From Candidatus Bathyarchaeota archaeon (GTDB lineage: Archaea; Thermoproteota; Bathyarchaeia; Bathyarchaeales; Bathycorpusculaceae), in the NCBI GenBank assembly GCA_963772455.1, contig CAVYXJ010000007.1, forward strand, positions 64,001 to 128,000: a DNA stretch of 64,000 nt, in the 5' to 3' direction. The notes below the pieces were generated by a model, which ran no database searches, was not told the DNA's origin, and was given only the letters and a program-made list of their open reading frames with translations. Made by a program: the position numbers and the translations under genes. Positions 29,939 to 40,141 of the stretch are shown here, one piece after another. Every line of letters begins with the position of its first letter. Position 1 is the stretch's first letter.

Positions 29939-30488
29939 TTAAACTGGTAAATTCTGTTGTTTTTTGAATATTTCTTCTCGCCACTTATGCTCCCAACTAG
30001 CCCAACCAGTCTTTACTAAGACTCTCCCTTAAATGAGGTTTTTCAGCAACCCATTCAATAAACCTATAGAATCGCCTATTATCCTGCAAAATTTCTTCAG
30101 GCACACCTTTTTCAACGCACCATCTAACGTACGCTTTTTCAACCAATGGCTTAAGTTCCCCTGTTGATTCGACCTTTTGAACTTTGAAACCTTGGTCTTG
30201 TAAGTAAACAACGACACTGGATAAGACGTATTCTGAGCAAACTTTGAAGCATGTTTCAGAGTCAGGCTGCATTACAGTTATTATTTCGTTCGCAATTTTG
30301 ACGGCGTCTTCTAAATATTTCTTATTTTTGAAGTTTGGCGGTTGAAAAGATGCGGTGGGGATTCGTCGTTCCATTAGCATAGGATGGGGAGGTTTGAGGG
30401 CACCAACCACAACGCCCAATAAGAGATCGCTCCATCCTGAAGCCTCAATAAGAATGGTTTTGTCAGGTAGAAAACAGTCCAACGCCAA
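29939..30488 (-). pseudogene. Hypothetical protein, possibly RNase H-like fold, with C-terminal frameshift near 30018
   Basis: ILIEASGWSDLLLGVVVG N-terminus; alternative frame continues VKTGWASWEHKWREEIF. Confidence 0.55.
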
Positions 30489-30681
30489 ACAGTATCACTC
30501 AACGTTTAGAGATACTATGTTTTTGTTTTTCTACCTTTTGTTTAATAAGTGTAATTGTTGGATTTAGAACCACTTTAATAAGAATCTTTTATTAAAAAAT
30601 ATTCTTCACCAAGAGAAGCAGTAATCTAGTTGAAATTTGTAACAATGACTACTACTAAAACTCAATCAAACAGAGTTAAAA

Positions 30682-30722
30682 GAAGAACAACAACACAGAT
30701 TTTTCAACTGTTGTTGTTCTTC
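30682..30722. repeat. Perfect 14-bp inverted repeat
   Basis: GAAGAACAACAACA-13 nt-TGTTGTTGTTCTTC. Confidence 0.7.
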
Positions 30723-30991
30723 AAACCTTGACACAATCTGTAGTTAGAAAAAAAACTAAAAAATGTATCTCATAGAAGTTGTACAAGACGAATTTTCAGG
30801 TGAACAATTACTTCTACCTTAAATTGCACCAGAAATATAGAAGCATGTTGGCACGATCCAATGCAATCGCTATGAACATAGCAAAATTAGGACACACTTC
30901 AACTATGGTATAATTAAATGCTATTCTAAATGATGCAAGAAATTTATGAAAAATCAACCTAAAATAATATGAATTCACACCTGGGAAAAAG

Positions 30992-31064
30992 TAGCCCGGG
31001 GGAGATTCGAACTCCCGTCGGTGGGTCCAAAGCCCACTATGCTTGACCACTACACCACCGGGCT
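30992..31064 (-). tRNA. tRNA-Gln(TTG)
   Basis: AGCCCGG/CCGGGCT acceptor with A1-U72, GTGGG-CTTTGGA-CCCAC anticodon arm, GTTCGAATC. Confidence 0.95.
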
Positions 31065-31426
31065 GCACGGTTTGAATTAGCACTTGTTTTATTTATTGTT
31101 AGAGGTGTAGGGTGGCTTTTTTGTTAATAAGCGTTCTCACTGTAAAGTGGTTTATTTTATTTTTGAATTGAGATTAATGAAGCAAGCCTACGTTTTATGT
31201 GAGCGCGGTTATGTTGTTTTTTACACTTTTTTATGTTATTTTCCATAAGTGTTTTATTCATGTATTGGGGATTTCGAGCCCATTATGTGCAATAGGTTTA
31301 ATAAACCACAAAGCTTAAATACTAAATCAATTCCTTTGGTAAGTTTGCGCGGGCCGAATGTACTATTTTCTAGCCAGAATGGCCTATGGTGACGGTTCTA
31401 CGCACATCAATTGAGGTAGAAGAGAA

Positions 31427-32368
31427 TTGAGCAAAAAAGAAACACCTAAGACAACCCAGCGCTTACAAGATAAGTGCCCAGAGTGCGGTAGCGATAATTT
31501 AGTTCACGATTACGATACAGGAGAGACAGTCTGCGGTGACTGTGGATTAGTAGTTTACGAACAAATGATGGATAAAGGACCCGAATGGCGTGCTTTCACC
31601 CAAGAAGAAAAAGCTTCAAGGAGCCGAGTTGGAGTCCCAACTTCTTATTCTGTTCATGACAAAGGATTATCCACAGCCATCAGCCAAGTTGATAGAGATG
31701 CATTTGGAAGAAAATTACCCCTTTCCACAAGATTGCAGATGTGGCGTCTACGTAAATGGCAAATACGCAGCAGAGTTCATTCATCCATAGATCGCAACCT
31801 TGCACAAGCCATGGCTGAACTTGACCGCTTGTCGGATAAAGTCTACATACCCCCACCAATTAAAGAGAAAGCCGCTGTCGTCTACAGAAAAGCATTAGAC
31901 AAAGGATTAGTTCGCGGCAGATCAATAGCTGCCATAGCTGCAGCTGCGTTGTATGCTGCTTGCCGAGGAAGCGGAACACCACGCACTCTACGCGAAATCG
32001 CTGAAGCCAGCTTAGTCGACAAGAAAGATGTTGCAAGATGCTACAGGCTCTTGTTACGAGAATTGGACGTTCACATGCCCATCGCTGACCCATTAACTTA
32101 TGTGTCAAAGATTGCGGAAAAAACAGGTATCTCAGGAAAAACTCAAGGTGCAGCAATCCAAATCTTAAGAGAAGCAAGGCGAAAACGTGCTGCGGCAGGA
32201 AAGGACCCAATGGGTTTAGCTGCTGCTGCCCTATACATCGCATGTCTGCAAAATAATGAGAAAAAGACCCAAAAAGACATTGCTGAAGCTGCTGGCGTAA
32301 CAGAAGTTACTGTACGCAACCGCTACAAGACATTAAAGAAACAATTAAATCTTGAATTGCCCGATTAG
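31427..32368 (+). CDS. tfb: Transcription initiation factor IIB
   Basis: CPECG...CGDCG Zn ribbon, GPEWRAF, two cyclin folds, VTEVTVRNRY. Confidence 0.97.
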   Translation: MSKKETPKTTQRLQDKCPECGSDNLVHDYDTGETVCGDCGLVVYEQMMDKGPEWRAFTQEEKASRSRVGVPTSYSVHDKGLSTAISQVDRDAFGRKLPLSTRLQMWRLRKWQIRSRVHSSIDRNLAQAMAELDRLSDKVYIPPPIKEKAAVVYRKALDKGLVRGRSIAAIAAAALYAACRGSGTPRTLREIAEASLVDKKDVARCYRLLLRELDVHMPIADPLTYVSKIAEKTGISGKTQGAAIQILREARRKRAAAGKDPMGLAAAALYIACLQNNEKKTQKDIAEAAGVTEVTVRNRYKTLKKQLNLELPD

Positions 32369-32391
32369 GGCTTCTCTTATTTCTTTAAAAA

Positions 32392-32622
32392 TTAAGTTTC
32401 TTCTTTTTCTGTTTCGTCTTTTTCAAGTTCCATAACAATTATTCCAAGATAACCGCAGTTTTCACAATAGTATTGTTTAGGTGTTAACCAAACTGCGAGA
32501 CTGCTGGATAAGGCAATTTTTGGGCTTGCACATCTTGGACAGTAAATTTGGGTGGGTTTGCGATGTTTTGCGTTTTTTAGGATATCGCGTATCCCATCTG
32601 GTTTTTTCATTAGGAAATACAC
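32392..32622 (-). CDS. Small Zn-ribbon protein
   Basis: YCPRC...YYCENCGY. Confidence 0.75.
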   Translation of the reverse strand: MYFLMKKPDGIRDILKNAKHRKPTQIYCPRCASPKIALSSSLAVWLTPKQYYCENCGYLGIIVMELEKDETEKEET

Positions 32623-32643
32623 CTGAAATGAAGAGATAGTAGG

Positions 32644-32952
32644 TTATTGCAGTTCGATGTTTTCTTGTGGATAACCCATCTTGATCAAGAATTCTCTCAC
32701 TCTGTCGCGGTGGTCGCCTTGAAGCATTATTTGACCGTTCTTACTGGTTCCGCCACATGCGCAATATGTTTTGAGTTTTTGAGCAATGCTTGATAAATTC
32801 GAGTTCTTATCATCCATGCCATCGATTATGGTGGTTGCTTTGCCAAATTTTCTGGTTTCAAGTCGTATGCGAATACGTTGTTGCTCTTTTTCTATTTCTC
32901 CACAAACGCATAAGTCTTTAGGTAGTCCACACGTTGAACAAACTTCAGCCAT
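32644..32952 (-). CDS. sui1: Translation initiation factor aIF1 (SUI1)
   Basis: MAEVCSTCGLP.DLC.C, KFGK..TII.G, CACGGT, LQGDHR. Confidence 0.93.
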   Translation of the reverse strand: MAEVCSTCGLPKDLCVCGEIEKEQQRIRIRLETRKFGKATTIIDGMDDKNSNLSSIAQKLKTYCACGGTSKNGQIMLQGDHRDRVREFLIKMGYPQENIELQ

Positions 32953-33211
32953 GACACTCAACAGAGAATTAGCACCTGCAATATATAAGAGTTTCAAGGG
33001 TTTATGATTGATTTTTCTGGTGTTTGAGTTATTGATTTGTTTCTATTTATCGAATTTTTTATTAGTCAATGAATCAAACGTAAGTAAACATCAAAGGGTT
33101 CTTTTTGATAGTTGACTCTTTTTGAAAAAATATGTTTATCTCTGTTTCCTTAAATATTTAAAAGCAATTACTTTTTGGCATAAGAAAAAACTAGTTTTTG
33201 AGGGTTAGAAA

Positions 33212-33766
33212 ATGAAAACTGAACTTGGGGCAAAAAACTGTCTTTATCCGTTGCCAACCGTTTTGGTTGGTGTGTTGGTAAACGGAAAACCTAATTACAT
33301 AACTATAGCGCATGTTGGCATAATGGACCTTGAATCAGTTTCTCTTGGCATGAACAAGCGCCATTACACCAACCAAGGAATAAAAGAAAACAAAACTTTC
33401 AGCATCAATATCCCCTCAACAAAGATGATTAAGGAAACTGACTACTGTGGATTAGTTTCAGGAAAAGATAAGAGCAAAGCAGACATGTTCAAAACGTTTT
33501 ATGGAAAACTCAAAACTGCTCCTATGATTGAACAATGCAGCATTAATATGGAATGCGAACTTGTAAAAACCGTTGATTTCCCAAACCACGACGTTTTCGT
33601 GGGTAAGATAGTAGAAACATATTGCGATGAGACTGTCCTAACTGATGGAGAGGTTGATTTTGAGAAGGTACAGCCTATCTTATTTGTAATGAATGATCGA
33701 AGCTATTGGAGTTTGGGTAAAAAAATCGCAAAAGCTTGGAATATAGGAAAAGAGCTAAACAAATAA
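33212..33766 (+). CDS. Flavin reductase-like protein (flavoredoxin)
   Basis: YPLP.VLV, FSINIP, DYCGLVSG, APMI..C..NMEC, H.VFVG.I. Confidence 0.85.
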   Translation: MKTELGAKNCLYPLPTVLVGVLVNGKPNYITIAHVGIMDLESVSLGMNKRHYTNQGIKENKTFSINIPSTKMIKETDYCGLVSGKDKSKADMFKTFYGKLKTAPMIEQCSINMECELVKTVDFPNHDVFVGKIVETYCDETVLTDGEVDFEKVQPILFVMNDRSYWSLGKKIAKAWNIGKELNK

Positions 33767-33803
33767 TTCTTTCAATAGTTTCTATGGGGTTTAGGGGTAA
33801 ACC

Positions 33804-34376
33804 ATGACTGCGCCTCCGAAAAGATGTTGGAATGTTGACAAACCACTCTACATCAAATACCATGATGAAGAATGGGGAGTTCCGGTTCATGATGACCAAA
33901 AGTTGTTTGAGTTTTTGGTTTTGGATTGTTTTCAAGCGGGATTGTCGTGGTGGCTGATTTTAGAGCGACGAGAAATGTTCAGGGAGGCGTTTGACAATTT
34001 CAATCCAATAAAAATAGCAAAATACACAACTAAAGATTTTGAGCGACTAATGAGTGCTCCTGGAGTAATTAAGAATCGAGCCAAAATAACCGCAACCATA
34101 ATCAACGCTCAACAATTCCTTAAAACCCAAAAGGAATTTGGCTCCTTTAATGCCTTCATTTGGCAATTCGTTCATGGAAAAACAATTCAAAACAAATTTA
34201 TTCACTTGTCGGAAATGCCCGCGGAGACCGAGGAATCCAGAATCATGAGTCGGGAACTAAAAAAACGAGGCTTCAAGTTTGTTGGACCCACAATCTGCTA
34301 CGCTTTTATGCAAGCCGCAGGATTAGTAAACGACCATTTAGTAAACTGCTTTCGTTACTCACAACTTCACAAATAG
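33804..34376 (+). CDS. tag: 3-methyladenine DNA glycosylase I
   Basis: RCW, YHDEEWG, FQAGLSW, FVGPTICYAFMQA.G.VNDH..C. Confidence 0.92.
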   Translation: MTAPPKRCWNVDKPLYIKYHDEEWGVPVHDDQKLFEFLVLDCFQAGLSWWLILERREMFREAFDNFNPIKIAKYTTKDFERLMSAPGVIKNRAKITATIINAQQFLKTQKEFGSFNAFIWQFVHGKTIQNKFIHLSEMPAETEESRIMSRELKKRGFKFVGPTICYAFMQAAGLVNDHLVNCFRYSQLHK

Positions 34377-34386
34377 AACTTGACAT

Positions 34387-34965
34387 TTATTGTCTATTGA
34401 ATATCTTAAAAAGAGCTAATTCTTCATCGTTTATTCCAGCTTTGCATAGTTTCGTCAGGCAGTTTTGATGTTGTTTTTCGGTAAGCTTGGCAGGATTGAT
34501 TATTTGCTTATCCTTACTTGTGAAATAGTAATTTTCTTTAGTTTTTCTACCCTTTTTTAGGGCTGCACGTTGTCTTTTGAAACGGTGTAAGGCTTCGCAG
34601 TCTTGGGTTTGCATTCCGAACTTTGTGTTTGGATATTGTCGGCATCCTTCAGGTCGGATTTCGTAAATAGAACAAGATTTTTCTACGAGGAACGGACAGG
34701 CGTGATGTGTAATGTACTGATCGTATTTTGCCTCGTCCTCTTCAAAAATCAGACCCAACATTTTAAAGAGATCTTTTAACTTTGTGGAGACTTCGGGATG
34801 CTCTTGAAGTTTGGGGGTGATTTCTCCTGCCGTTAAAAAATCATCAAGAGTACAACAGACTCCGCATTTACTACATAAGAAAGGAAGATTGGCTGACCAC
34901 CCACTACACTTGCCTGCAAATTCTAAATGAAGATAAAAAGTATCAACCATAATGCATTCCAACAT
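34387..34965 (-). CDS. YkgJ-family Cys-cluster protein
   Basis: CSKCGVCC, CPFL...CSIYEIRPEGCRQYP. Confidence 0.8.
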   Translation of the reverse strand: MLECIMVDTFYLHLEFAGKCSGWSANLPFLCSKCGVCCTLDDFLTAGEITPKLQEHPEVSTKLKDLFKMLGLIFEEDEAKYDQYITHHACPFLVEKSCSIYEIRPEGCRQYPNTKFGMQTQDCEALHRFKRQRAALKKGRKTKENYYFTSKDKQIINPAKLTEKQHQNCLTKLCKAGINDEELALFKIFNRQ

Positions 34966-35073
34966 ATTTTATTTAATACTCACAAGTTTTTATAATATAA
35001 AGTGCCTGTTTAAAAATTTAAGAGCTATCCAGAAGTAAGTAAAATAAAAAATTTTGTTTTAAAAAGGGTAAAG

Positions 35074-37899
35074 TTAAGCAGATGTTGTTTCTTGCGATTT
35101 TTTGATTGTCTTTTTGGTTTCGGAAATTGGCATTTCAGGTTTTAGAGGTTCTACTTTCGTTTGTGGGGGTTCAGGCAGCTTTGTTTGTTCGCATCTGATG
35201 TCTATATCTTCTTCCTTTAGGTGAAGTGTTGCTTTTACTGTGCCATCTGTTAAGTATTCAATGCTAAAACCCATCTTCTTGGATAAGCTTAAAGCGCGGT
35301 AATTATCTTGTAAAATAATTGCGTTAACTTTATCTATACCCTTTTCTTTTGCGATATCAAGTACGTAATCAACCATTTTAGTGCCTAAGCCTAAACCTTG
35401 CCAATAATCACTCACAAGGAAAGCCATTTCTCCGCTCTTTTCATCGGATTCAATGCTTAGACGTGTTACACCAAGGATTTTTCGTTTACCGTTCTCCACC
35501 ATTTCAGCTACTAATGCGATTTCTCGGTCGTAGTCAACGTTGCAGTAGCGGACTCGGACTTCGTGTGGTGTGTCTTTTAACATTTGGAAGAACCGGTAGC
35601 GTATGGATTCTTCTGAGAGACTTTGGAACATTTCAAGCCACATTGGCTCATCTTCAGGTTTTATTGGTCGCAAGAGTACTTCTTGTCCGTTCTTGAGAAG
35701 CCACAGTATCTCATCTTTTTTGGGGTATGGACTTATGACCATATGTTCGTGAGGTTCAAATTTCTTGCACATCTTTTGTTTATCTACAACAATGCGTGCG
35801 TCTAGAATGGTGGCTTCTTTCTCGTTTATTAACAATGGGTTTATGTCAATTTCTTTTATTTGTGGAAAATCAACGAGCAATTGTGAGAACATTAGAATGG
35901 TTTCATCGAGTTTTTTAAGGTCTACTGCTGGCGCGTTTCTCCAACCTTTTAGTAATCGGTAGACTTTGGTTTCTTCCATCATACGGTGAACAAGTGTTGT
36001 ATTTAATGGTGGAAGCCCAATTGAATAGTCTTTGAATAGTTCCACTCCAACTCCGCCCATCCCGAAAAGAATTATTGGTCCAAATACTGGATCGGTTTTT
36101 CCTCCGATGATAAGTTCATGACCTTTCTTCTCAATCATGGGTTGAACGGTGACTCCGATTATTTGGGCTTGGGGGTTGTAAGCAGTTGCTCGCTGAATTA
36201 GAACTTCGAATGCATCTCGGACTTCTTGTGGAGACTTAACGTTTAGGATTACTCCTCCTGCGTCGCTTTTATGAATGATTTGAGGTGATAGAATCTTCAA
36301 GACAACTGGGAAACCCATTTCCTGTGCAAACACAACGGCCTCATCGACATTGTTTGCAACTGAAGTTTTCACTACAGGGAAATTATAGTATTTGAGTATT
36401 TTTTTTGCCTCGTCCTCTGTTAAGACTTCGCGACCCTCAAAGGCGGCATTTCTTAGTATAGCCATGATGGGGCGTTTTGGAGGTGAAGCATCGACTGGTA
36501 GTTCTTCTGGGGTTTCGTAGAGTAGGTCGATGTTGGCTTGGTAATTGTACATGTACATGTATGTTCTGATGGCTTGTTCGGGGGTTGAGTAAGTTGGAAT
36601 GTTGTTTGCATTAAGGATGCTGTTGGCTTCTTGGACTGCGCCGTATCCCATGAAAGAAGTTAAGATTGTTTTGTTCTGATAGGTTTTTGCACGTACTAGT
36701 TCAACGATGTTCTTGGCTATTTCAACTGATTCTGAAACTGCTTGTTGAGTGAAGACAATCAATATGCCATCAATGTTCTCATCGTTTAAGCATGCTTCAA
36801 CTGCAGCTTTATAGCGTTCAGAACGGGCATCGCCTAAAACGTCTATGGGGTTACCGTGACTCCAGAATGGAGGCAAAACAGCGTTAAGCGAATCCAGTGT
36901 TTTTTGGCTTATTTTTGCTAATTTTCCGCCTAGAGCAATTAACGAGTCTGTCGCCATCACACCTGGTCCGCCAGCATTTGTTATTATGGCGAGTCTTGGT
37001 CCCTTAGGTAATGGTTGGGTTCCTAAAACTTCAGCTGCATTAAACAAGTCTGCTATTTCATTAACTCTAACTATACCGGCACGCTTGAAGGCTGCATCAT
37101 AAATGCTGTCTTCTCCTGAAAGTGATCCAGTATGGGAAGCTGCGGCTTTTGCGCTTTCGGAAAATTTGCCTGATTTAACAACGATAATTGGTTTGGTTCT
37201 TGCAAAGTGCCTTGCTGCACTCATAAATTTGCGGGCTTCAGTTATGCCTTCAACGTACATTAGGATACTTTTTGTTTTTGGGTCAGAACCAAAATAATCA
37301 ATTAAGTCACCAAAGTCAACATCAATCATTGAGCCCACTGAAACGAAATTGCTGAAACCGATATTTTCATGAAGTGCCCAATCAAGAATAGCGGAACCTA
37401 AAGCGCCACTTTGAGAGAGAAAAGCCACATTACCTGGTTTGGGCATTTTATCCAAGAATGTAGCATTAAGATTGTTTCTAGGGCGAATTAGACCAATACA
37501 GTTTGGACCAATAACTCGAATTCCATATTTCTTAGCTGATTCAAGAAGTTTTTCTTCCAAAGCTTTTCCTGCAGGACCTGTCTCTTTGAACCCTGCAGAA
37601 ACAATAATGACTCCCTTTACATGTGCCTTACCGCATTCCTCCATAACATCTGGGACGGTTTTGGCGGGAGTAGCTATAATTGCTAAGTCAACGGGGTCAG
37701 GAATTTGGTCGACTGTTTGATAAGTTTTAACGCCCAAGATTTCAGGCTTTTTTATGTTAACGAAGAAGACTTTTCCGTTAAATCCCATTTGGGTAAAATT
37801 TTTTACTATTGCGTATCCAACGGAGCCTTCAACATCACTTGCTCCAATGATGGCTACATTTTGAGGATTGAAAATCTTGTCAAGGTTTGTGGTAACCAT
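35074..37899 (-). CDS. ADP-forming acyl-CoA synthetase (alpha+beta) fused to a C-terminal GNAT (PatZ-like architecture)
   Basis: IGAS, GPNCIG, SQSGA, ASHTG, TNAGGPG, NPID, HKSDAGGV, DINP; GNAT with YRFF and WQGLGLGT. Confidence 0.9.
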   Translation of the reverse strand: MVTTNLDKIFNPQNVAIIGASDVEGSVGYAIVKNFTQMGFNGKVFFVNIKKPEILGVKTYQTVDQIPDPVDLAIIATPAKTVPDVMEECGKAHVKGVIIVSAGFKETGPAGKALEEKLLESAKKYGIRVIGPNCIGLIRPRNNLNATFLDKMPKPGNVAFLSQSGALGSAILDWALHENIGFSNFVSVGSMIDVDFGDLIDYFGSDPKTKSILMYVEGITEARKFMSAARHFARTKPIIVVKSGKFSESAKAAASHTGSLSGEDSIYDAAFKRAGIVRVNEIADLFNAAEVLGTQPLPKGPRLAIITNAGGPGVMATDSLIALGGKLAKISQKTLDSLNAVLPPFWSHGNPIDVLGDARSERYKAAVEACLNDENIDGILIVFTQQAVSESVEIAKNIVELVRAKTYQNKTILTSFMGYGAVQEANSILNANNIPTYSTPEQAIRTYMYMYNYQANIDLLYETPEELPVDASPPKRPIMAILRNAAFEGREVLTEDEAKKILKYYNFPVVKTSVANNVDEAVVFAQEMGFPVVLKILSPQIIHKSDAGGVILNVKSPQEVRDAFEVLIQRATAYNPQAQIIGVTVQPMIEKKGHELIIGGKTDPVFGPIILFGMGGVGVELFKDYSIGLPPLNTTLVHRMMEETKVYRLLKGWRNAPAVDLKKLDETILMFSQLLVDFPQIKEIDINPLLINEKEATILDARIVVDKQKMCKKFEPHEHMVISPYPKKDEILWLLKNGQEVLLRPIKPEDEPMWLEMFQSLSEESIRYRFFQMLKDTPHEVRVRYCNVDYDREIALVAEMVENGKRKILGVTRLSIESDEKSGEMAFLVSDYWQGLGLGTKMVDYVLDIAKEKGIDKVNAIILQDNYRALSLSKKMGFSIEYLTDGTVKATLHLKEEDIDIRCEQTKLPEPPQTKVEPLKPEMPISETKKTIKKSQETTSA

Positions 37900-38052
37900 T
37901 AATTTTACCTTCTGCTTTAGGGTCGTGCAATAGGTGAAATTAAAGCTTATGTTAGAGAATCAGTATTCTTTTAATATAAACTGCATTCCGAGATTAAAAA
38001 ATAGCGTTTGTGGTTAAATCGGTGAGAATTAAAGATCTTGTAAGTCGCTATT

Positions 38053-38508
38053 TTACTGGAAATATTTTTTAATTTCGCCAAGCGATAGGACTGCAACGCC
38101 ATTATCGGTTAACATTTGCTCTGATTTCTCTACATTGCTGGGTCGCAGAATCAACGCAACCTTACCCTCCACATGAACTGCTGATGAATAAGCGTACTCA
38201 ATGTTTATGCCGCCGTCGCCAAGAATTTTAGTTATTTTTGAAAGTGTATTTTGTTCAGATATGAAAGTTGCTGTTACCTCTGTGTTCTTTTTTGATTTGG
38301 CTAAATTGAATCCGGAGTCTTCCAAGAGTTTGGAGGCTTTCTCGGGTTCCTCAGTTATTAATCTAACTAAACCAAATTCGCCGGCGTCAGCGATGGATAA
38401 TGCGAAAACTTTTATTTTGTTTTTGTCAAGTTGTGACATTGCTTCAAAAAGAGAACCTGGACGATTATCAAGAAATATACTTACTTGCGTTATTGGCAAA
38501 CCCGGCAC
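38053..38508 (-). CDS. Tandem ACT-domain protein
   Basis: QVSIFLDNRPGSL, IADAGEFGLVRLI, GINIEYAYS. Confidence 0.85.
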   Translation of the reverse strand: MPGLPITQVSIFLDNRPGSLFEAMSQLDKNKIKVFALSIADAGEFGLVRLITEEPEKASKLLEDSGFNLAKSKKNTEVTATFISEQNTLSKITKILGDGGINIEYAYSSAVHVEGKVALILRPSNVEKSEQMLTDNGVAVLSLGEIKKYFQ

Positions 38509-38651
38509 CTAATATCCATTTGTGTCGGTTGATATTTAACTTTAACCAAAGAGAAGTCCATTTTTGGCTGTTCAGGGATAATTTTAATACATAGCAGCAA
38601 ACAAGCTGTGAGTTACAGTCTTCACCAAACTTTATATTTTAACTTGAATTA

Positions 38652-39419
38652 TTGCTTGCTATTCGGAGAATACATTGTTTGTTAGTGTGCACCGAGGTCT
38701 CCAAACAATTTGGAGGACTTCAAGCATTAAAAAACGTCAATTTCACTGTTAATAGAGGCGATATTGTTGGGCTAGTTGGACCTAATGGCTCTGGTAAATC
38801 GACGCTGCTCAACTTAATCAGCGGAGTCTACAAACCAGATTCAGGACAAATCCTGTTTTTAAACGAAGACATCTCTAAACTGCCCCCCTACAAAATCTGT
38901 GCCAAAGGCATTACCAAAACAGCTCAAACAGTTCAGTCTTTTCCAGAAATGACAGCGGTCGAAAACGTGTTGACAAGCGTTCTCTTCAATAAGGAAAAGT
39001 TTGAAGGGAAAACTGATGGTAGGTTACGTGCTCAGGAACTTTTGGGCTTTGTGGGTTTAAGTATAGAAAAGTTTGATATTCCTGCAAAAAACCTAAACGT
39101 CGTTGAACTTCGTCGTATTCAGCTTGCTAAAGCATTGGCGACAAGTCCTAAACTACTTCTGCTCGATGAGCTACTTACAGGTTTAACGCCAAAAGAAAGC
39201 GATGAAGCCATTGAACTTATCAAATTAATCAACAAGCAAGGAGTCACCGTGCTTATTGTTGAGCATGTTATGCGTGTTATCATGGGGTTATGTAATCGAG
39301 TGATTGTTCTGCAGCATGGAGAAAAAATCTGCGATGGCACACCTAAACAAGTCTGCAGTGACGAGAACGTAGTGAAGGTTTACTTAGGTAAGCGGTTTCA
39401 GTTTGGGGAGGATGAATAA
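38652..39419 (+). CDS. livG: HAAT-family ABC ATPase
   Basis: FGGLQAL, GPNGSGKST, LLLLDE, VEH.M; start approximate. Confidence 0.88.
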   Translation: MLAIRRIHCLLVCTEVSKQFGGLQALKNVNFTVNRGDIVGLVGPNGSGKSTLLNLISGVYKPDSGQILFLNEDISKLPPYKICAKGITKTAQTVQSFPEMTAVENVLTSVLFNKEKFEGKTDGRLRAQELLGFVGLSIEKFDIPAKNLNVVELRRIQLAKALATSPKLLLLDELLTGLTPKESDEAIELIKLINKQGVTVLIVEHVMRVIMGLCNRVIVLQHGEKICDGTPKQVCSDENVVKVYLGKRFQFGEDE

Positions 39420-39420
39420 A

Positions 39421-40125
39421 ATGCTGGAAGTTGAAAACTTGTCCGCATCTTATGGCATGGTGCAAATCCTTCGCGGAGTCAACTTCAAAGTTGAAGAAAA
39501 AGAAATTGTCAGCATCATCGGACCCAATGGCGCGGGAAAAACTACACTTGTTAAAACTATCATGGGATTTTTGAAGCCACAAACTGGGTCAGTTAAGTTT
39601 AAGAGCGAAGAAATCGGGAAAATGCCAACATACGAAATAGTAAAAAAAGGACTAACTATGATTCCAGAGGGAAGAGAAATCTTTCCCCGCATGACCATTG
39701 AAGAGAATCTTATGCTTGGCGCTTTCACTATAAAGGACAAAGTCAAAATCAAGGAAAGTAAAGAGAAAGTTTACGAAATTTTCCCGGTACTAAAGAAAAA
39801 GGAAAAAGTTTTAGCGCAAACTCTAAGCGGTGGCGAACAACAAATGTTAGTCATTTGCCGAAGTTTGATGTCTAACCCGCAAATGCTTATTTTAGATGAA
39901 CCCTCACTGGGTTTAGCGCCAATTATAGTTGAAAAAGTTCTCGACACCGTTCGCACTATCAACGAGGAAGGAGTTACAATACTTTTGGTGGAGCAGAACA
40001 TTCATGATAGTTTAGGGATTGCTGACAGGGGTTACGTGCTTGAAGAAGGCAAGATAATATTGGAAGGAAAGAGTAGGGAACTTTTATCTAATAGTCACAT
40101 AAAAGAAGTGTATCTGGGCCTTTAA
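39421..40125 (+). CDS. livF: HAAT-family ABC ATPase
   Basis: GPNGAGKTT, PEGR, LSGGEQQML, DEPSLGLAP, VEQN. Confidence 0.92.
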   Translation: MLEVENLSASYGMVQILRGVNFKVEEKEIVSIIGPNGAGKTTLVKTIMGFLKPQTGSVKFKSEEIGKMPTYEIVKKGLTMIPEGREIFPRMTIEENLMLGAFTIKDKVKIKESKEKVYEIFPVLKKKEKVLAQTLSGGEQQMLVICRSLMSNPQMLILDEPSLGLAPIIVEKVLDTVRTINEEGVTILLVEQNIHDSLGIADRGYVLEEGKIILEGKSRELLSNSHIKEVYLGL

Positions 40126-40141
40126 AGCAAGAGGGACAAAT

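Noticed and set aside
30814-31083. 89-aa ORF
   Set aside because: Overlaps tRNA-Gln; spurious
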